This document shows, piece after piece, positions 1 to 12,614 of a stretch of 64,000 nt of DNA. The stretch is from Anthoceros angustus (Eukaryota; Plantae; Anthocerotophyta), in assembly GCA_010909165.1 (NCBI GenBank), contig VJWM01000025.1, positions 2,666,001 to 2,730,000 of the forward strand. The letters run 5' to 3'. How positions within the stretch are numbered: the stretch's first letter is position 1; every line of letters begins with the position of its first letter. The position numbers were made by a program, and so were the translations under genes. The notes under the pieces were generated by a model, which worked only from the letters and a program-made list of their open reading frames with translations, searched no databases and was not told the origin of the DNA.

Positions 1-2031
1 CGAGGATCCTGCTGCGTCCTCATCCTCTCCCCGGTCACTTGTTACGGTATTCTCCGGATGCTTGCGCATTTCCTCCTGCAACATCTCGGTCACCTCCGGA
101 CTCGTCCGTGGAAGCTAACGTCGCCGTCGCGGAGGCACCGTTCCTTCTCCACATCTGCGGAGAACTTCCTTGGGTAATCCCTCGGCGTGCTGCCGTCCAG
201 CCCTCCTTCGCCATCGGATCCTCTGCTGGTATTCCGTTTGATTGCCTTCCTCGGCGTCGTGGCCTTCCTCGATCTTGTTCTTCTTCAATGGCGCCTTTCT
301 CGTCGCTCCTTCCTTGACTGTAGACACCTCAAGATTTCCTCCCAACTCCTTCCTTTCGACACCCCCGTACCTTCTTGTTCTTTCCATCTCGCGTACCTCT
401 GGGAATCTCTTCCCACTCCGCCAACTGAGCATCTTCGACTTGCCGTACGGTAACAGTCTTAGGAGGTGGCGTTGGTGGTCGGGGTTCTCCGCTTGGTGTG
501 GCATATCGTACCGTCCTTGTGCGGGGGTTGGGACATAGCGTACTGCCTGTCATATGCCCAGCCTGCTTGCAGTCGCCACACAGCCGCTCGAAGTCCCCAT
601 TACCCTGCCTCGTTGGGTACGGACACGCGTTGGAGTAATGGCCAGGATTCCCGCAGTTCCAAGACCACGGTGTCGGAGGATACGAAGGGCTCCCATGCGG
701 TCTTTGCATCGGTGGGGCCCGTTGTATTGACGGACCTCGGTTGGCGGATACATGGTTTTGGGATATCGCGGCCCGGAGGGGCTTCACATGCACGATAGGC
801 CTCTTCCCATTGCTCCTCGGCCTCCTCCTCGTATTCGTAGTCCACTTGATGCACCGGCCTTGAGGCGGTTGGATTCGAATGGCCGTGTTCGGCACCGGCA
901 CACAGATCGTTCGCCGTGGTCGGTGTTTTCCGCGCTCTCGGTCCTTTTTGGTTTATCGCGGTCCTCTACTCTCTTTATCACTTTTCCGGTCCTCCGGACA
1001 CCTGCCTCCTTTGAGGGAGTCGGGTCCGTGGAGCTTCTCGGACGGTCTTGGTGTCACCACCTCCTTCTTACCACCTTCTTTTTGGCGGGCCTTTCTTGCT
1101 CTTCTTCTTGCGGGATACTCTTCCTCGCTAGAGACCTCCGTCTCTTCTTGGACTGCTCCTCCTCAAGACACCTCGATTGGTCTTCCTCCTCCTCAGACTC
1201 TTCCTCCTCAGTCGAACCCCGTTTCTTCTTCTTCTTCTTGCCTCCTTGAGCGGATTTCTTTATCCTCGATGTAGCGATTCCTCGTAGTTTTCGGCCGCTC
1301 GACCGCCTTGCCCGTCCTTCTCGGCGGCGGGGCGTGCACAGCCATGGGTTTGGCTAGACCGGCGAACCACCGTCACCGCTTGCATCGTGGTATGGGTTGG
1401 ATGCCGATCCCTCGGGGCGGAACGCTCGATGTCTGAGCCCTTCTCCTTCTTCCTCGCTTGATTTTCCAACTTTGATAATACATACCCCTCACGGTGATCC
1501 CTCGAAACCGTTCTAAGAAGGCATTTTCAAAGCTTCAAGCGAGGCGGGTGGGGCATTCTCCGGTGGTCGGTACTTTCTCCGATACCATTGAGCGGTCCTC
1601 GGAGAACCCCTTGGAAAATTTGGATGAGCGTCGACTCCCTCTCCGTTGAAGTTGGCTTTGGACACGAAGTCCTCCACAAAGGTCTCGCATCCGCTCCTTC
1701 TTCCCTCCGAATATAGATGCGCTTGTTTGGTCGAGGTAGGGGCCATGGCTGCCATCGATGGGTTAGGCGTGGTACCTACCTTCTTCCGTTGGCGTCCTCG
1801 TACCCGTACTCGTCTTGGTCCGACAATTCGACCACGTTCTCCCTCCTCGATCGGCGGTGCTCTCTCGTTGGGTTTGGCGTCTCTCCTCTCACGGCTCGGA
1901 GAGCACGCGAGGTGACCACGTCCGATCCTCCCGAGTTCACTCTTGGCCGTCGCTCGCCACGCATTCACTTACCTTCTCTTCCTAAGGGCTGCGGCTGCGG
2001 ACCGATTTCATTCCCGGCAGCGGCGCCAAAA
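1..2031 (-). mobile_element. Ty3/gypsy LTR retrotransposon (Athila/Tat-like), 5' internal region with degenerate gag; runs off the window start
   Basis: ORF 329..901(-) has a degenerate CCHC knuckle (SWNCGNPGHYSNACP, first Cys replaced) and a second knuckle-like motif (CGDCKQAGHMTGSTLCP). Lys/Arg/Glu-rich gag-like segments lie upstream. Frameshifted. Begins at a PBS. Confidence 0.8.
2011..2028 (-). promoter_or_regulatory. Primer binding site (tRNA-Asp type) next to the inner end of the 5' LTR
   Basis: Minus strand reads ...cacgccaCA ttt TGGCGCCGCTGCCGGGAA, close to the Athila-type PBS TGGCGCCGTTGCCGGGGA. The LTR-terminal CA is at 2033-2032. Confidence 0.8.
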
Positions 2032-3200
2032 TGTGGCGTGACTTTGATAGCTGGCGCGCCAATCCGTGTCGTTGTAGGAAGAAGTCCGTTCCCAAAGGGA
2101 ATGATAGGCCCGTTCGCGTTTGGTGATTCTTACCGTCCTTAGCGCTCGTTCGTCTCAACACACACATACTCCTAACTACTCAGCGTTCACCGTCTGGCCG
2201 GTAAGCGTTTAGACCCGTTCGCGTCCGTATCGTTCACATCCTCACGCATCATCCTTTCCTCTCTCCTCTCACGCTACACTCTTGATCTTAGAAAAAAGCC
2301 GCGGTTCTGTGATCCGGACCTCCTCGTCGTTCGCGGGCCTCTCCGTCCGGGCTCTACACACCTCCGAGTTCCTCCGGCTCACGCGTTCGATCGTCGGTGT
2401 CGGACGCGGCTCGACGAACCGCGGATCACGGTCACCCTTCCCCGCACACACCACAGCGTTAAGTCCGTCACGGGACCTTGATCAATCTCCCGGGTAGTGC
2501 ACCTTTCGGTGACTCGGGACTCACGTTAGCAAGAAGACTCACAAAGGTGCAGAGCGGCATCAACACCAAGAGAAAGATGCTTTACTAGGCGACCTCGGCC
2601 CCTCTTATCTGCGCCCAAGGTGGCGTCTTTATTACACCCCTATTACGGGCGTGCTTCGGTATACCCTAATCGGCCTACCACCCTATCCCCTATCTCCCTT
2701 AGGTAGGGAAGGTCCAGCCCGCCTCGGAATGGGTGGTCAATCCCCGTCACGGCGGTTGTGGTGCACCCAATCGGATGATCCGTGAGGCGGGCCCTCCTCT
2801 CCCGGAATCACATCGGGTTGGGCTCTGGCGGTCGACAGCCGTTACCGGCGTCATCCTCCCAGGCCTCACAGGTCGCCCGGGGTGGGGCCACCGGCTATCG
2901 GCTCCCCTAAGCGTAAGTCGAAGGGGCTCCTCCTTCTTGCCCGGCCTCGAGGTCCGGACTTGGTCCGACTGTGGTCCGGACTTGGTCCGGACTTGGTCCG
3001 GACTGTGGTCCGGACTTGGTCCGGACTTGGTCCGGACCTCGGTCCGGACCTCGGGGTCCGGACTTGGTCCGGACTTACGAGGTCCGGACTTGGTCCGGAC
3101 TTATTCATCGGACTTGGTCCGGACTTATCTGGGTCCGGACTTGAGTCGGACTTGGTCCGGACTTGAGTCCCTCCTCTGGGTCCGGACAAAGTCCGACTCA
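2032..3200 (-). mobile_element. Probable LTR; inner end at 2032, outer end unresolved (~2870-3200)
   Basis: Directly upstream of the PBS, ends in CA, has AATAAA on the minus strand near 2630. No second LTR in the window to fix the boundary. Confidence 0.5.
2950..3200. repeat. Tandem array of an ~11-bp unit GGTCCGGACTT containing the palindrome GTCCGGAC
   Basis: Roughly 20 imperfect copies are directly visible. Confidence 0.95.
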
Positions 3201-6075
3201 CGCCCACCCGGTTTCCTCCCTCACGGACTCCTCGTGGCTCTCTCCTCAAGTCCTCCCCATTCCCGATCGCCCGGTGACTCGCCGTTGGCCCTCCTTCCAT
3301 GGTGAGGTGCGGGTGCTTACCTCAGCGCATCCGCTCGTTACGCTCCTCGGTTGCTCCTCTCGCGCTCCGTCATCTCAAGCAGGGCCACTAGGGTCCCTGT
3401 CATCCCGTGGCCTTCATCTCCTTGAGCCTTCCAGTCCGTCCGTCTGCGGCGTCGAGAGGCTTCGCCTTGAGCTCGCGTGGTAATAGGCAAAGTCCGAATC
3501 GACTTGTTGAATTGCCTCTTCCACGTGTGCGGGAGCACCCGATACTCCCTCCGCCATAAGTGTTGGAGGGGCGTCTTTGCCGGCTTGTTGGGCCACCTCT
3601 CCTGCCCGGTTGTGGTGGGCCGGGCGTATCACGCGAGGCTACAAGGCGGCCTCGGTCACCTCCTGCAGGCTGCTCCGCTCGCTCCGTTTCCTTCCATTGC
3701 CCGCTTACCGCCATAGCGCGGCGTTCCCTTCCGCCTTTCTCGTGGACGGCGGCTTCTTTTTCCGATTGCTCGCGCTCCCGTTCATTACGGCCTTTAGCTC
3801 GCCGGCTCCTCTCAGGCGGTCGGATACCTCCGTCCAGGCTCGGACTTCCTCCGGCTCACCTTCCAGCAGCGTCCAACTCCTTGGATAGTCGCCGATTTTC
3901 CTCCGTCTTGACGGAGCCGAGGCACTGCTTCGTGCTCGGTCGTGGATTCTCTCGTTGAGAATCACTGCGCTCCGCATCTTGGGTTGTAGCTCCAGTGTCC
4001 TTGTCCTCCATCTGCCGCCTCCTTCTACCTCCTGCGGTGTGCTCGGAGATCCTCTATCTCCCGAGTCTCACCCTCTTGGCCTCTAACTCCTTTGTGCGGC
4101 CAGTTATCACTGTGACTCTCTCCACGGTTCGATCACGTCAGAGTGATCCGGTCGCTCTTCACGACCAGGCTCCTTCGCCGCCTTTACAGGCCTCGCCCAT
4201 TGGCGCTCTGGCGGGCCGCCTCCGCCCGGTCCGAGCTCTCTCTGCTTGTGCCGGGCCTCTTCCGCCTCTGCTGCGCTTCCCCTCTTTCGCTGCAAGGTCC
4301 TCCGCCCGCGCTTGGCCTCCCAGCTTGCTTGGTGTTGGTGAAGAACCTTAAGTCTGTGAACCGCCGGGCCTCGCTCCGCCACCGTTTCCCTTCCTCGATC
4401 CGAGGGACTCCGCCTTTCCTTTGCCCTCGGCCGCCTTCACTTGCTCTTGGGTTCCACCATCCTCCTCGGGTGGCCTCCACTTCAGGTCTTCTCTGTACCA
4501 CAGAGACCCCAAAGCATTCCGTCCATGGCAGTGGCAGACTCGCCGTGTTTCTTCCACGGCCACAGTGAGGCCCCACAAAGTCCGTAGTGAGCCGGCATTT
4601 CTCGGTCCGCCAAGGACCTCCACGATCCGGGAAGTCGGTGGGTTCTCGGACCTAATCGGGACCCTCGGTCACAGTGGTGAGGTCCGAGTCTCACCCTCTT
4701 GGCCCTCTTGGCCTCTAACTCCTTTGTGCCCTCTTTCTCACAGGGCTCGGAGGAGGTGAGGGGTCGGGAGCAAGCTCTTTTGCCCCTTCACATCGGGGCA
4801 GGCCGGCTCGAGGTGGGGCTGCGCGGTGACCTCCTGCTCCTTGGGCCACGTCCTTCTCTCCTTACGCCTCTTGACCTCTTGCCACTCAGGTGGCGGGGGT
4901 AAGTCTGCTCGAGGTCTTTGCGTTGGTAAGCGGCACCGTCTTCCGCCTCTTGGCTCCCGAGTTCGTCGGGGCTCGGCGTGTCGTGGTTGTTGGTACATCG
5001 GTCGAGCCGCCAGCGCCCTCGGCATCGGCTCCCTCACTGCTGCTCGGAGGGCACCAAAAGGAGGAAGGGGAATCGCCTCCCAAACTTCCACAGGTGGTGA
5101 GGGGTTCGCTCAGGGTGGAGTCAGGAATCCTCCCGATCGTCCTCCTCCAGTCCGCTTGGTCTTGAAGGGCGACCCCCACCTCGCGCCCTTGCACGCTCTG
5201 CCAGCGGCCTCCGGCCCTTCCGGGCGCCGCTCAAGCTCTCCCTCCAGGGCTCGAAATGTCCCCATACATGAATCGGTATGGGGTCACCGATGGCGAGGCT
5301 TCTCGCTCCTTAGCTTGCGTGCCTCTGGACAGGCGAAGATAATCCTTCCCCGGTCCGCTCTCTTCCCAGCGCATGCGAATACCAGGTTATCACCAAGGTG
5401 ATCCACCTTGGTGAGTTCAATGGACAATGATCCGGCTACCGCCCTTACTCGGCGGATCGGATATCAACCATCCGTTGGTTGTCCTGCGTTCGAGCCTCTC
5501 GCGCGTGTGGCCCTATCTTCCCCGCCTTAAGGGGCTCGGCACCACGCCCCTTCTTCCTCCTTGAGCGGTTGTAGGCCATCCTCGGGACCTCAAGGTCCAT
5601 CGCCTCGGGTCCTCCGGAGGTTCTTGGATCGGACCTCCTTGTTGATCGCCGGCATCTTCGGGCAAACTCCGGACTAGAGTAGCGTTGTCAAAGGTCCGAC
5701 CATTTGGAACACGTCCGGATGCCACTCCTGCACCAATTCCCCAGCTTCCTCCGGCCGGGCGAAGTCCGGATAGCGCGGGTCACAATGTTGCGCTCCACGA
5801 GGTCCATGGCTCCCACTCCGTCGGCTTTTGGGTGCCATTGCTTTCTCCTCCTCTTGTTCTTGTAGGCTGCGGAGTCCGGCACGATGTTCCTCCTTGCCGC
5901 GTTCTGCTCCAACCCAGCGGTGCGCCACGCTCTAAGGCGGCGCCCAAAAGATAGCGCCAGAGAGCCGGATTGCGGGCGCAAGGGAGAGGGGAGGATGCGC
6001 GGCGACCTCCCTCCTTGGCGCTTGTGGAAATCTGGCGGAAGGCGCCTCTTCGTTGTCCGTAGCGCGAGTGCGCAT
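3200..6075 (-). pseudogene. Degenerate retrotransposon accessory ORF (env-position, coiled-coil-like), same sense as gag
   Basis: Chain of frameshifted Glu/Arg-rich minus-strand ORFs (5688..5981, 4886..5194, 4738..5091, 3338..3538) with the same composition as the adjacent element. Short internal duplication at ~4066-4097 and ~4689-4729. Confidence 0.45.
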
Positions 6076-6575
6076 GGCTTACTCGACCCTACGCTTCGCC
6101 TGCAGCCTTGGCGCGCCCGCGGGCGTGAATACCTGCCTGCGGCCTCGCAAGGTTACGGTCACCTCAGCATGCCCGACCTCCACTCGGGGCCGTCCACGTG
6201 GCGCCGCCTCGTGTCCTCACGCCTCGCTCCTAGGTTACTTTCCTGGCGTACTTATCCTATTTTGACACAGGTGGGTTCGGACTTATCCGTTACTCGGCGT
6301 AGTCGGAGCTTGCCATAGTGGGTCCGCATGGCTTACTCGACCCTACGCCCGCTTTCGCCTTACGCCGCTGCTGGGCGCGTGAATACCGCTATAACGGCCT
6401 CGCAAGGTTACGGCCCCGCCTACGCATGCCCGACCTCCACTGTGGCCGCCCACGTGGCGCCGCCTCGAGCCTCGTCCTCACGCCCGCCTCCTAGGTTACT
6501 TTCTCGATATCCTATTTTGACTGGAGTGGGTTCCGGACTTATCCGTTACTCGGCGTAGTCCGAGCTTGCCATAGT
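6072..6575. repeat. Two-copy tandem duplication, ~255-bp unit
   Basis: gcatggcttactcgaccctacgc ... ggacttatccgttactcggcgtagtc..agcttgccatagtgg occurs at ~6072-6320 and ~6326-6577. Confidence 0.9.
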
Positions 6576-7234
6576 GGTACCGGGTCCGTTGTTCACTCAG
6601 TCCGGAGTATACTCCGAGCCTCGTCCGGCGCTACCCCAATTTATTCCTCCTTTTCCTTATTTATCCTTCAATCCTAAAAAAAAAAAGCGAAACCCTACTT
6701 ATTTCCTAACTCCAGAAGTGCATAGCCCTGCTGTAGGCATCTGCACCCGTATGTTGGGTTATAAGGGATAGGCACAAGCATAGAGTCAAACAGCATGGCA
6801 AAATCCATTATTAATTCCGTGATCACGACCTCGCTTCAAGTCATCGCCGCTTCTTCCATCATCGTCCGATTGTCCAAGGATGTCGGGCAATGGTCCATCA
6901 TGCTCATCTTGGTTGTCCTCTTCCTCCGAGCTGCCCGAGAGGTCATCTCGTCATGCTTTAGGAGGGCTCCTCGTCTCGTGATGCTCATTTCTCTCCGGTG
7001 GTCCACGATAGACTGTGTGACAAAAGCACACAGTTGCTTATAGAAAGCCCTCCTAGCCTGTTGACACACAAAACTCATAAGCCAAAATACAGCTACATGC
7101 AGCAACAAGCGAAATGAAAAGCACAGTTCCGAATCACAATACAATGTCTGCCAACCCGTCCATACGTTTTGATTTTGTTTGGCCTCTCGGAAGGCAGTTG
7201 TCAGCACATCTGGGGAACACTTCTTCACCTTGAA

Positions 7235-10200
7235 CATCCCAAGGCCCACAGTGATAACCTTGAACTCCTCTGGCACTGGTCGAATTTCATCCAGTTGGTG
7301 TGGCTTGGTTGTAAGCAGTATCTCGAATTCAGGTTCCTGTTGCGACATATCCAGACTTGCCCATACAACCCAGCCAACTCTTGCTCGCTGATTTGGCTTA
7401 GCTGGTCCAAACCTCAGAACCCACGCCTGTATGGTGTCCATATGGTCAAGATCATCCAGCCTCGCTGCAAAACCACTCCTTCCCTAGACAATTCGCATCG
7501 ATTGAGTTAGTCGCACCGATGAGCATAGTTTCTTCCAAGTTGTATGGCAGATCGTTATGCTTTTCTTCCCTTCAAGCCTCCTTGTCTTTCGTGGCCGATC
7601 CGCCTCCCCGTAGCCGGCTTTTGAATTCCCGAGCTCGATTTCGCCGCCCCACCCACATCCTTGCTTGCCGATTTGGCTTAGCTGGTCCAAACTCAGAACC
7701 CACGCCTGTATGGTGTCCATATGGCCGTGATCATCCAACAGCCTTCCTCGCAAAACCACTCCTTCCTAGACAATTCTTTGCATCGAGTGAGTTGAGTTAG
7801 TGCCACCGAGGAGCATAGTTTCTTCCAAGTTGTATGGCGAAGGCACAGATCGCTTTTCTTCTTCCTTCAAGCCTTGTCTTTCGGCCCGATCCGCCTCCTG
7901 TGCCGGCTTTTTTCCAATTCTTGGTCCCGCCCCACCCACATCTTGCATGGGCCTCAGTCACATGTTGTCGTGCGGCCGCCACCCACTGGCACCACGCTTG
8001 GCCGCCATATCCGACTTCCTCCGTCCCTCGCCTCGAGTCGCCTTCTTCTTCTTCCGCCGCACAATGGTGGTTCGTAGGCGCGCTAGGTCCTTCTTGCTCG
8101 GAGACCCTCCCGATGCCATGATTTCCGCCACAAGAAAGGAAGACGCGCATCAAGGATCAAATCAAAGCGTTCTCACTTTGCGAGCAAGTTAGCAACGAAT
8201 TGGGGAGATACACACCTCCTTCCTTGCGTGGGAATGATCCTCAGCGGTCCTACGCGCATCCACTTGCAAGCGTCGAATTGCTCCCTCTTCTCGCCCGCTC
8301 GCAGGAGTCCGCAGCTGCAGTCACAGAGTTGAAGGGGACGTAAAACCCGTTTTGTGTTTGTGGACTGTGTGGGGAAATGGTTTTAAAAGACCTTATACGC
8401 CCGGACAAGAAGTCAGGGTTCCCCTTGTTTTGCCCGATTCCCAGCCGTATCGTCCATGGATTCGCAATCGTACATAATATATGTATTCCATTTTAGGATC
8501 CCGCTCGACCATACCTCTTATGGTGGTGTCGCTTTTGGGCGGAGGCGGCGCCATTATGGTCGCGCAGGCGCTGATTGTTTGCCGTTATAGGTCTACTACT
8601 TATTTGTTCTGATGTGTAGACCTAGTGCATCAGACAAGTTCAAGTTGGTGGCTTCAAGTTGGACATAATATGGCCATTTTCCCCTACCGGGGAACACATT
8701 TTTCGTCTGCAGGTTGCAGGTGGTGGCCCTGCTGCGGTCATGAATGTTACAGAGACTCACGTACCGTAGGCAGATGGTAGAAGGAGCGATCTTTGTTGTA
8801 TCCAATGCACATGCAATAATGTTCCATGGATGTTCTTCTCCTAGCAAAACTTCGTTTTCATGTTGCAGGAAGGGGAGGACTTGCTGCCATCGCAGTTCAA
8901 CCAAGAGTCGATGACTGCGAAAAAGGAAACGCAATGCCATTAAATTGGCTCCATCCTGCTATCCCCATGATGACGCGATCACACTACATCCCAAGGCCCA
9001 CGGTGATAACCTTGAACTCCTCGCACTTAATTTCATCCAGCTTGGTGTGGCTTTGTTGTAAGGAGGATCTCGAATTCAGTTCCTGCTATGACATATCCAA
9101 CTTGCCCATACAACCCAAATTAACTCTTGCTTGCCGATTTGGCTTAGCTGGTCCAAACTCAGAACCCACGCCTGTATGGTGTCCATATGGCCGTGATCAT
9201 CCAACAGCCTTCCTCGCAAAACCACTCCTTCCTAGACAATTCTTTGCATCGAGTGAGTTGAGTTAGTGCCACCGAGGAGCATAGTTTCTTCCAAGTTGTA
9301 TGGCGAAGGCACAGATCGCTTTTCTTCTTCCTTCAAGCCTTGTCTTTCGGCCCGATCCGCCTCCTGTGCCGGCTTTTTTCCAATTCTTGGTCCCGCCCCA
9401 CCCACATCTTGCATGGGCCTCAGTCACATGTTGTCGTGCGGCCGCCACCCACTGGCACCACGCTTGAGCCGCCATATCCAACTCCTCCGCCGCCTCGCCT
9501 CGAGCCGCTTCTTCTTCGCCGCACAATCAGCAGTGGATCAAAGTGAGGCGCCTAGGTCCTTCTTGCTCCGGAGAGCCCTCCCCGATGCCATGATTTCCTG
9601 CCACAAGAAAGGAAGACGCGCATCAAGGAGCTGAAATCAAACGAATTGGCGTTCTCACTTTGCGAGCAAGTTAGCAACGAATTGGGGAGATGCACACCTC
9701 CTTCCTTGCGTGGGAATGATCCTCAGCGGTCCTACGCACATCCACTTGCAAGCGTCGAATTGCTCCCTCTTCTCGCCCGCCGGGCAGGAGTCCGCAATGA
9801 CCACGAGTTGAAGGGGACGAAACCTGCTTTTGTGTGGGACTGTAAAATGGTTTTAAAAGACCTTATACGCCCGGACAAGAAGTTAGGGTTCCCCTTGTTT
9901 TGCCCGATTCCCAGCCGTATCGTCCATGGATTCGCAATCGTATATATATATGTATTCCATTTTAGGATCCTGTCTTGACTACACCTCTTAATGGTGGTGT
10001 CGCTTACGGCCGGAGGGCGCCATTATGGTCGCGCTGATTATTGCTTATAGGTCTACTACTTGAGGTGCGCAAACAACTGCTTTTCTAGTGCATTGGGACA
10101 AGTTCAAGTTGGTGGCTTCAAGTTGGACATAATATGGCCATTTTCCTACCGGGGAACACATTTTTGTCGGTGAAGTGGCATTACTGTCATGAATGTTGCA

Positions 10201-10436
10201 AGAGACTCACACAAACAGCAGATTGAAGTGAGCGATCTTTGTTGTATCCAATGCACTGTATGCAATAATGTTCCATGGATGTTCTTCTCCTAGCAAAACT
10301 TCGTGCCATGTTGCGGGGGAGGACTTGCCATCATAGCTTCAACCAAGAGTCGGACGCTGCAAGAAAAAGGAAACGCAATGCCAGATTAAATTCGTCCATT
10401 CCTGCTATCCCCATGATGACGCGCATCACACTACAG
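7235..10436. repeat. Nested tandem duplication, ~1.47-kb period, containing fragments of an unidentified minus-strand ORF
   Basis: 7662-8988 matches 9130-10436, and 7235-7550 matches 8988-9290. HMDTIQAWVL is encoded three times and the MQDVGGAGPRIGKK ORF twice. Confidence 0.9.
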
Positions 10437-10829
10437 TCCCCAAATGGTTTGTGGACAGTCGATGCATATGGTCAGTGTGGTAGTTCTGCGTACATTTCTG
10501 CTCCATGTCACGCCAATACCCGCGAAAGTGACCTCCTCGTGTCACCAAATGTCAAGTGTTGCGGTGAAGGTTGGAGGAGGCGGGTGCAAACCTCACCGAG
10601 GATCCCTCGGGGTGTTCCTCATACACCAAGGAACTTGAATCAGATTCACCATGAGTGAGTCCCAGTGCGCCATGAAGAAGCTGGATAATTCCCATGCATC
10701 ATCGTCGGGAGTGTTTCCAATAGAGGAAAGGGTCATGGAATTCCCGGCCGATGCACCTTTAGTGAGACAAAAGGAGCCGCCTCAAGGCTATCATTCCACC
10801 CCAAACCACTGAGCGAAACATTTGTGGCG

Positions 10830-12610
10830 CCTTGGGACATGCAATCCGTGGTTTAGAGAAGGCGGGCAAGTGGAGTTCCTTTGTCGAAAAGCGACTCCGA
10901 CGTCATCACAAATGGACTTCCGGCTACGTCATAGTCGCAATGCGTATACCAATGTCCAAGGCCAATTTCCATGAGCAATGTTATCGTTTTTTGAGAATGG
11001 GGAGGGCAGAGCAAGAGACATTTCTGCAGTCCCTCCTGGTCGTGGACTTACAGGCCACCGGACAAGGTCATCACGCATATAATGGGGCGCGCATTCGTGT
11101 TGTTTGCAAGCTTTTCAAGAGTATCGCATCGGCTCGTAGAGGTACGAGGAGTTGAAGAGGTGGTGTTATGCAATGCACCGTGGATGGGTCAAGAGTGAAT
11201 CCGACAACCATCTACACCCCGGGAGCCGCTGATGGATTAGCCAAGTGATGGCGGAAAGGCTTCCAAACGCTTGATGTGTTCCACCGCCGGACACGCTCTC
11301 AAAGTTGGAGATCCGGCCCAAGACCGGATATGACACGATCTAGTAAAGTCTGTGTCGATCCTATTTTCTCGACCTGAGGACCAACTTCCAAGGTTAGGAT
11401 TCCAAAAGTCTAATAGGTTTTCCACTTGCTCTTATGTGAGGGATCAAGCGCACCATCCGGAACACTTCCGGCAGAGCAAACCAAGGTTTGTTCTTCATAT
11501 CCTGCTGGGTAGTGCATAGTTTCTAAGGACCATTTTATGGAAGGATGCATGATCGCCTGCTTACATGTCCTGTACGGAGTGTATATGCATATGTGTCTTC
11601 TTAAAAAGGTGGGCCACCGCAGTTTGGCCTCCCGCAGAGGTGTGGCAATGTAGATACCAGCGTGCAATACTCACACAGGTTGCACCTAGGCGGAAGCGTG
11701 CTTCCATTGTACTGGGGCCAGCACCCTTCAAGATTGGACGGGCCTCGCCTCCGGAACCTTGACGGCCCCAAAGCTTTTCCATGTTGGTCCCAGCATGCCG
11801 CGCCGTAGCGTGGATTAACTTCACCCATGTTCATGTTATAGTTACATTGGTTGTGCAATAATACCGTCTAATGTAATACTCGTCTGGTCTCCATTTATGC
11901 AGAGGTTTATGAAGGAGCGTTGGCATCACACAGGGTGCGACTAAGCAATGAGAGAGACAAAGCAGCAAAACATCGGTCCAAAAGTTATAGTCAGCCCCAC
12001 AAGTATATGCAACTTGCTATTGATGGCATGGACCAGAAGAAGACAGAGCTCCCTCATTTCCTCCGATATCCCAAAGAGTTGGCAGAGGCATCACTTATTA
12101 ATGTTCATGTGGTGGGATGTATGATACATAATTACACTTTCAAGGCGAGGGCATATTTACACTACGCTAATCTGCACAACGACGCCAATCTCACTATCCA
12201 TATAATTCAGGATGTCATATTTTCTTACAAAGGGGTGCTTCCTAAAGTTCTTTACCTCCAGCTGGATAATACTTTAAAACAAGAATTGCTATTCGCATTC
12301 TAAATATGCTCATCGACCTCTGTGTTCGTTAAAATAAAGGTTGGGTTCCTATTGGTTGGTCATACCCATGATCGTTGATCAAATGTTTTCTTGTTCTCAA
12401 GCTTCTTAGGCACAAAGAAGCGTTTACTATTGATACACTTTCGGAGATTTTGACGCTTTCACCCCAACGCCTGGGTTAAAGTAATAACAGAGGCGATTTT
12501 CGGTCTTATGTATGGCCCATTAAGAAGGGACGAGAGGATATGCATACAAATGAACCGCTTGAATAATCTGTCCTTCCAACATCAATTTAAAATCACGAGA
12601 GGAAATGGTC
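10830..12610 (+). mobile_element. Sola-like (DUF7869-type) DDD transposase remnant, copy 1
   Basis: Motifs in order: EQCYRFLRMGRAEQETFL; KVRIPK/SNRFSTC (~11390-11430); LAIDGMDQKKT; LPKVLYLQLDNT; IKVGFLLVGHTH..DQMFS (~12335-12390). Frameshifted, with a probable intron ending at the acceptor near 11902. Confidence 0.7.
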
Positions 12611-12614
12611 AGAG

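Noticed and set aside
2733-3305. ORFs with repeated GPDLVRTWSGL peptides; array superficially CRISPR-like
   Set aside because: They are translations of the 11-bp repeat. There are no unique spacers or cas genes, and the context is eukaryotic.
11237-11430. Apparently conserved antisense peptide (QVENLLDF) in both Sola-like copies
   Set aside because: It is the reverse complement of the transposase motif IPKSNRFSTC.
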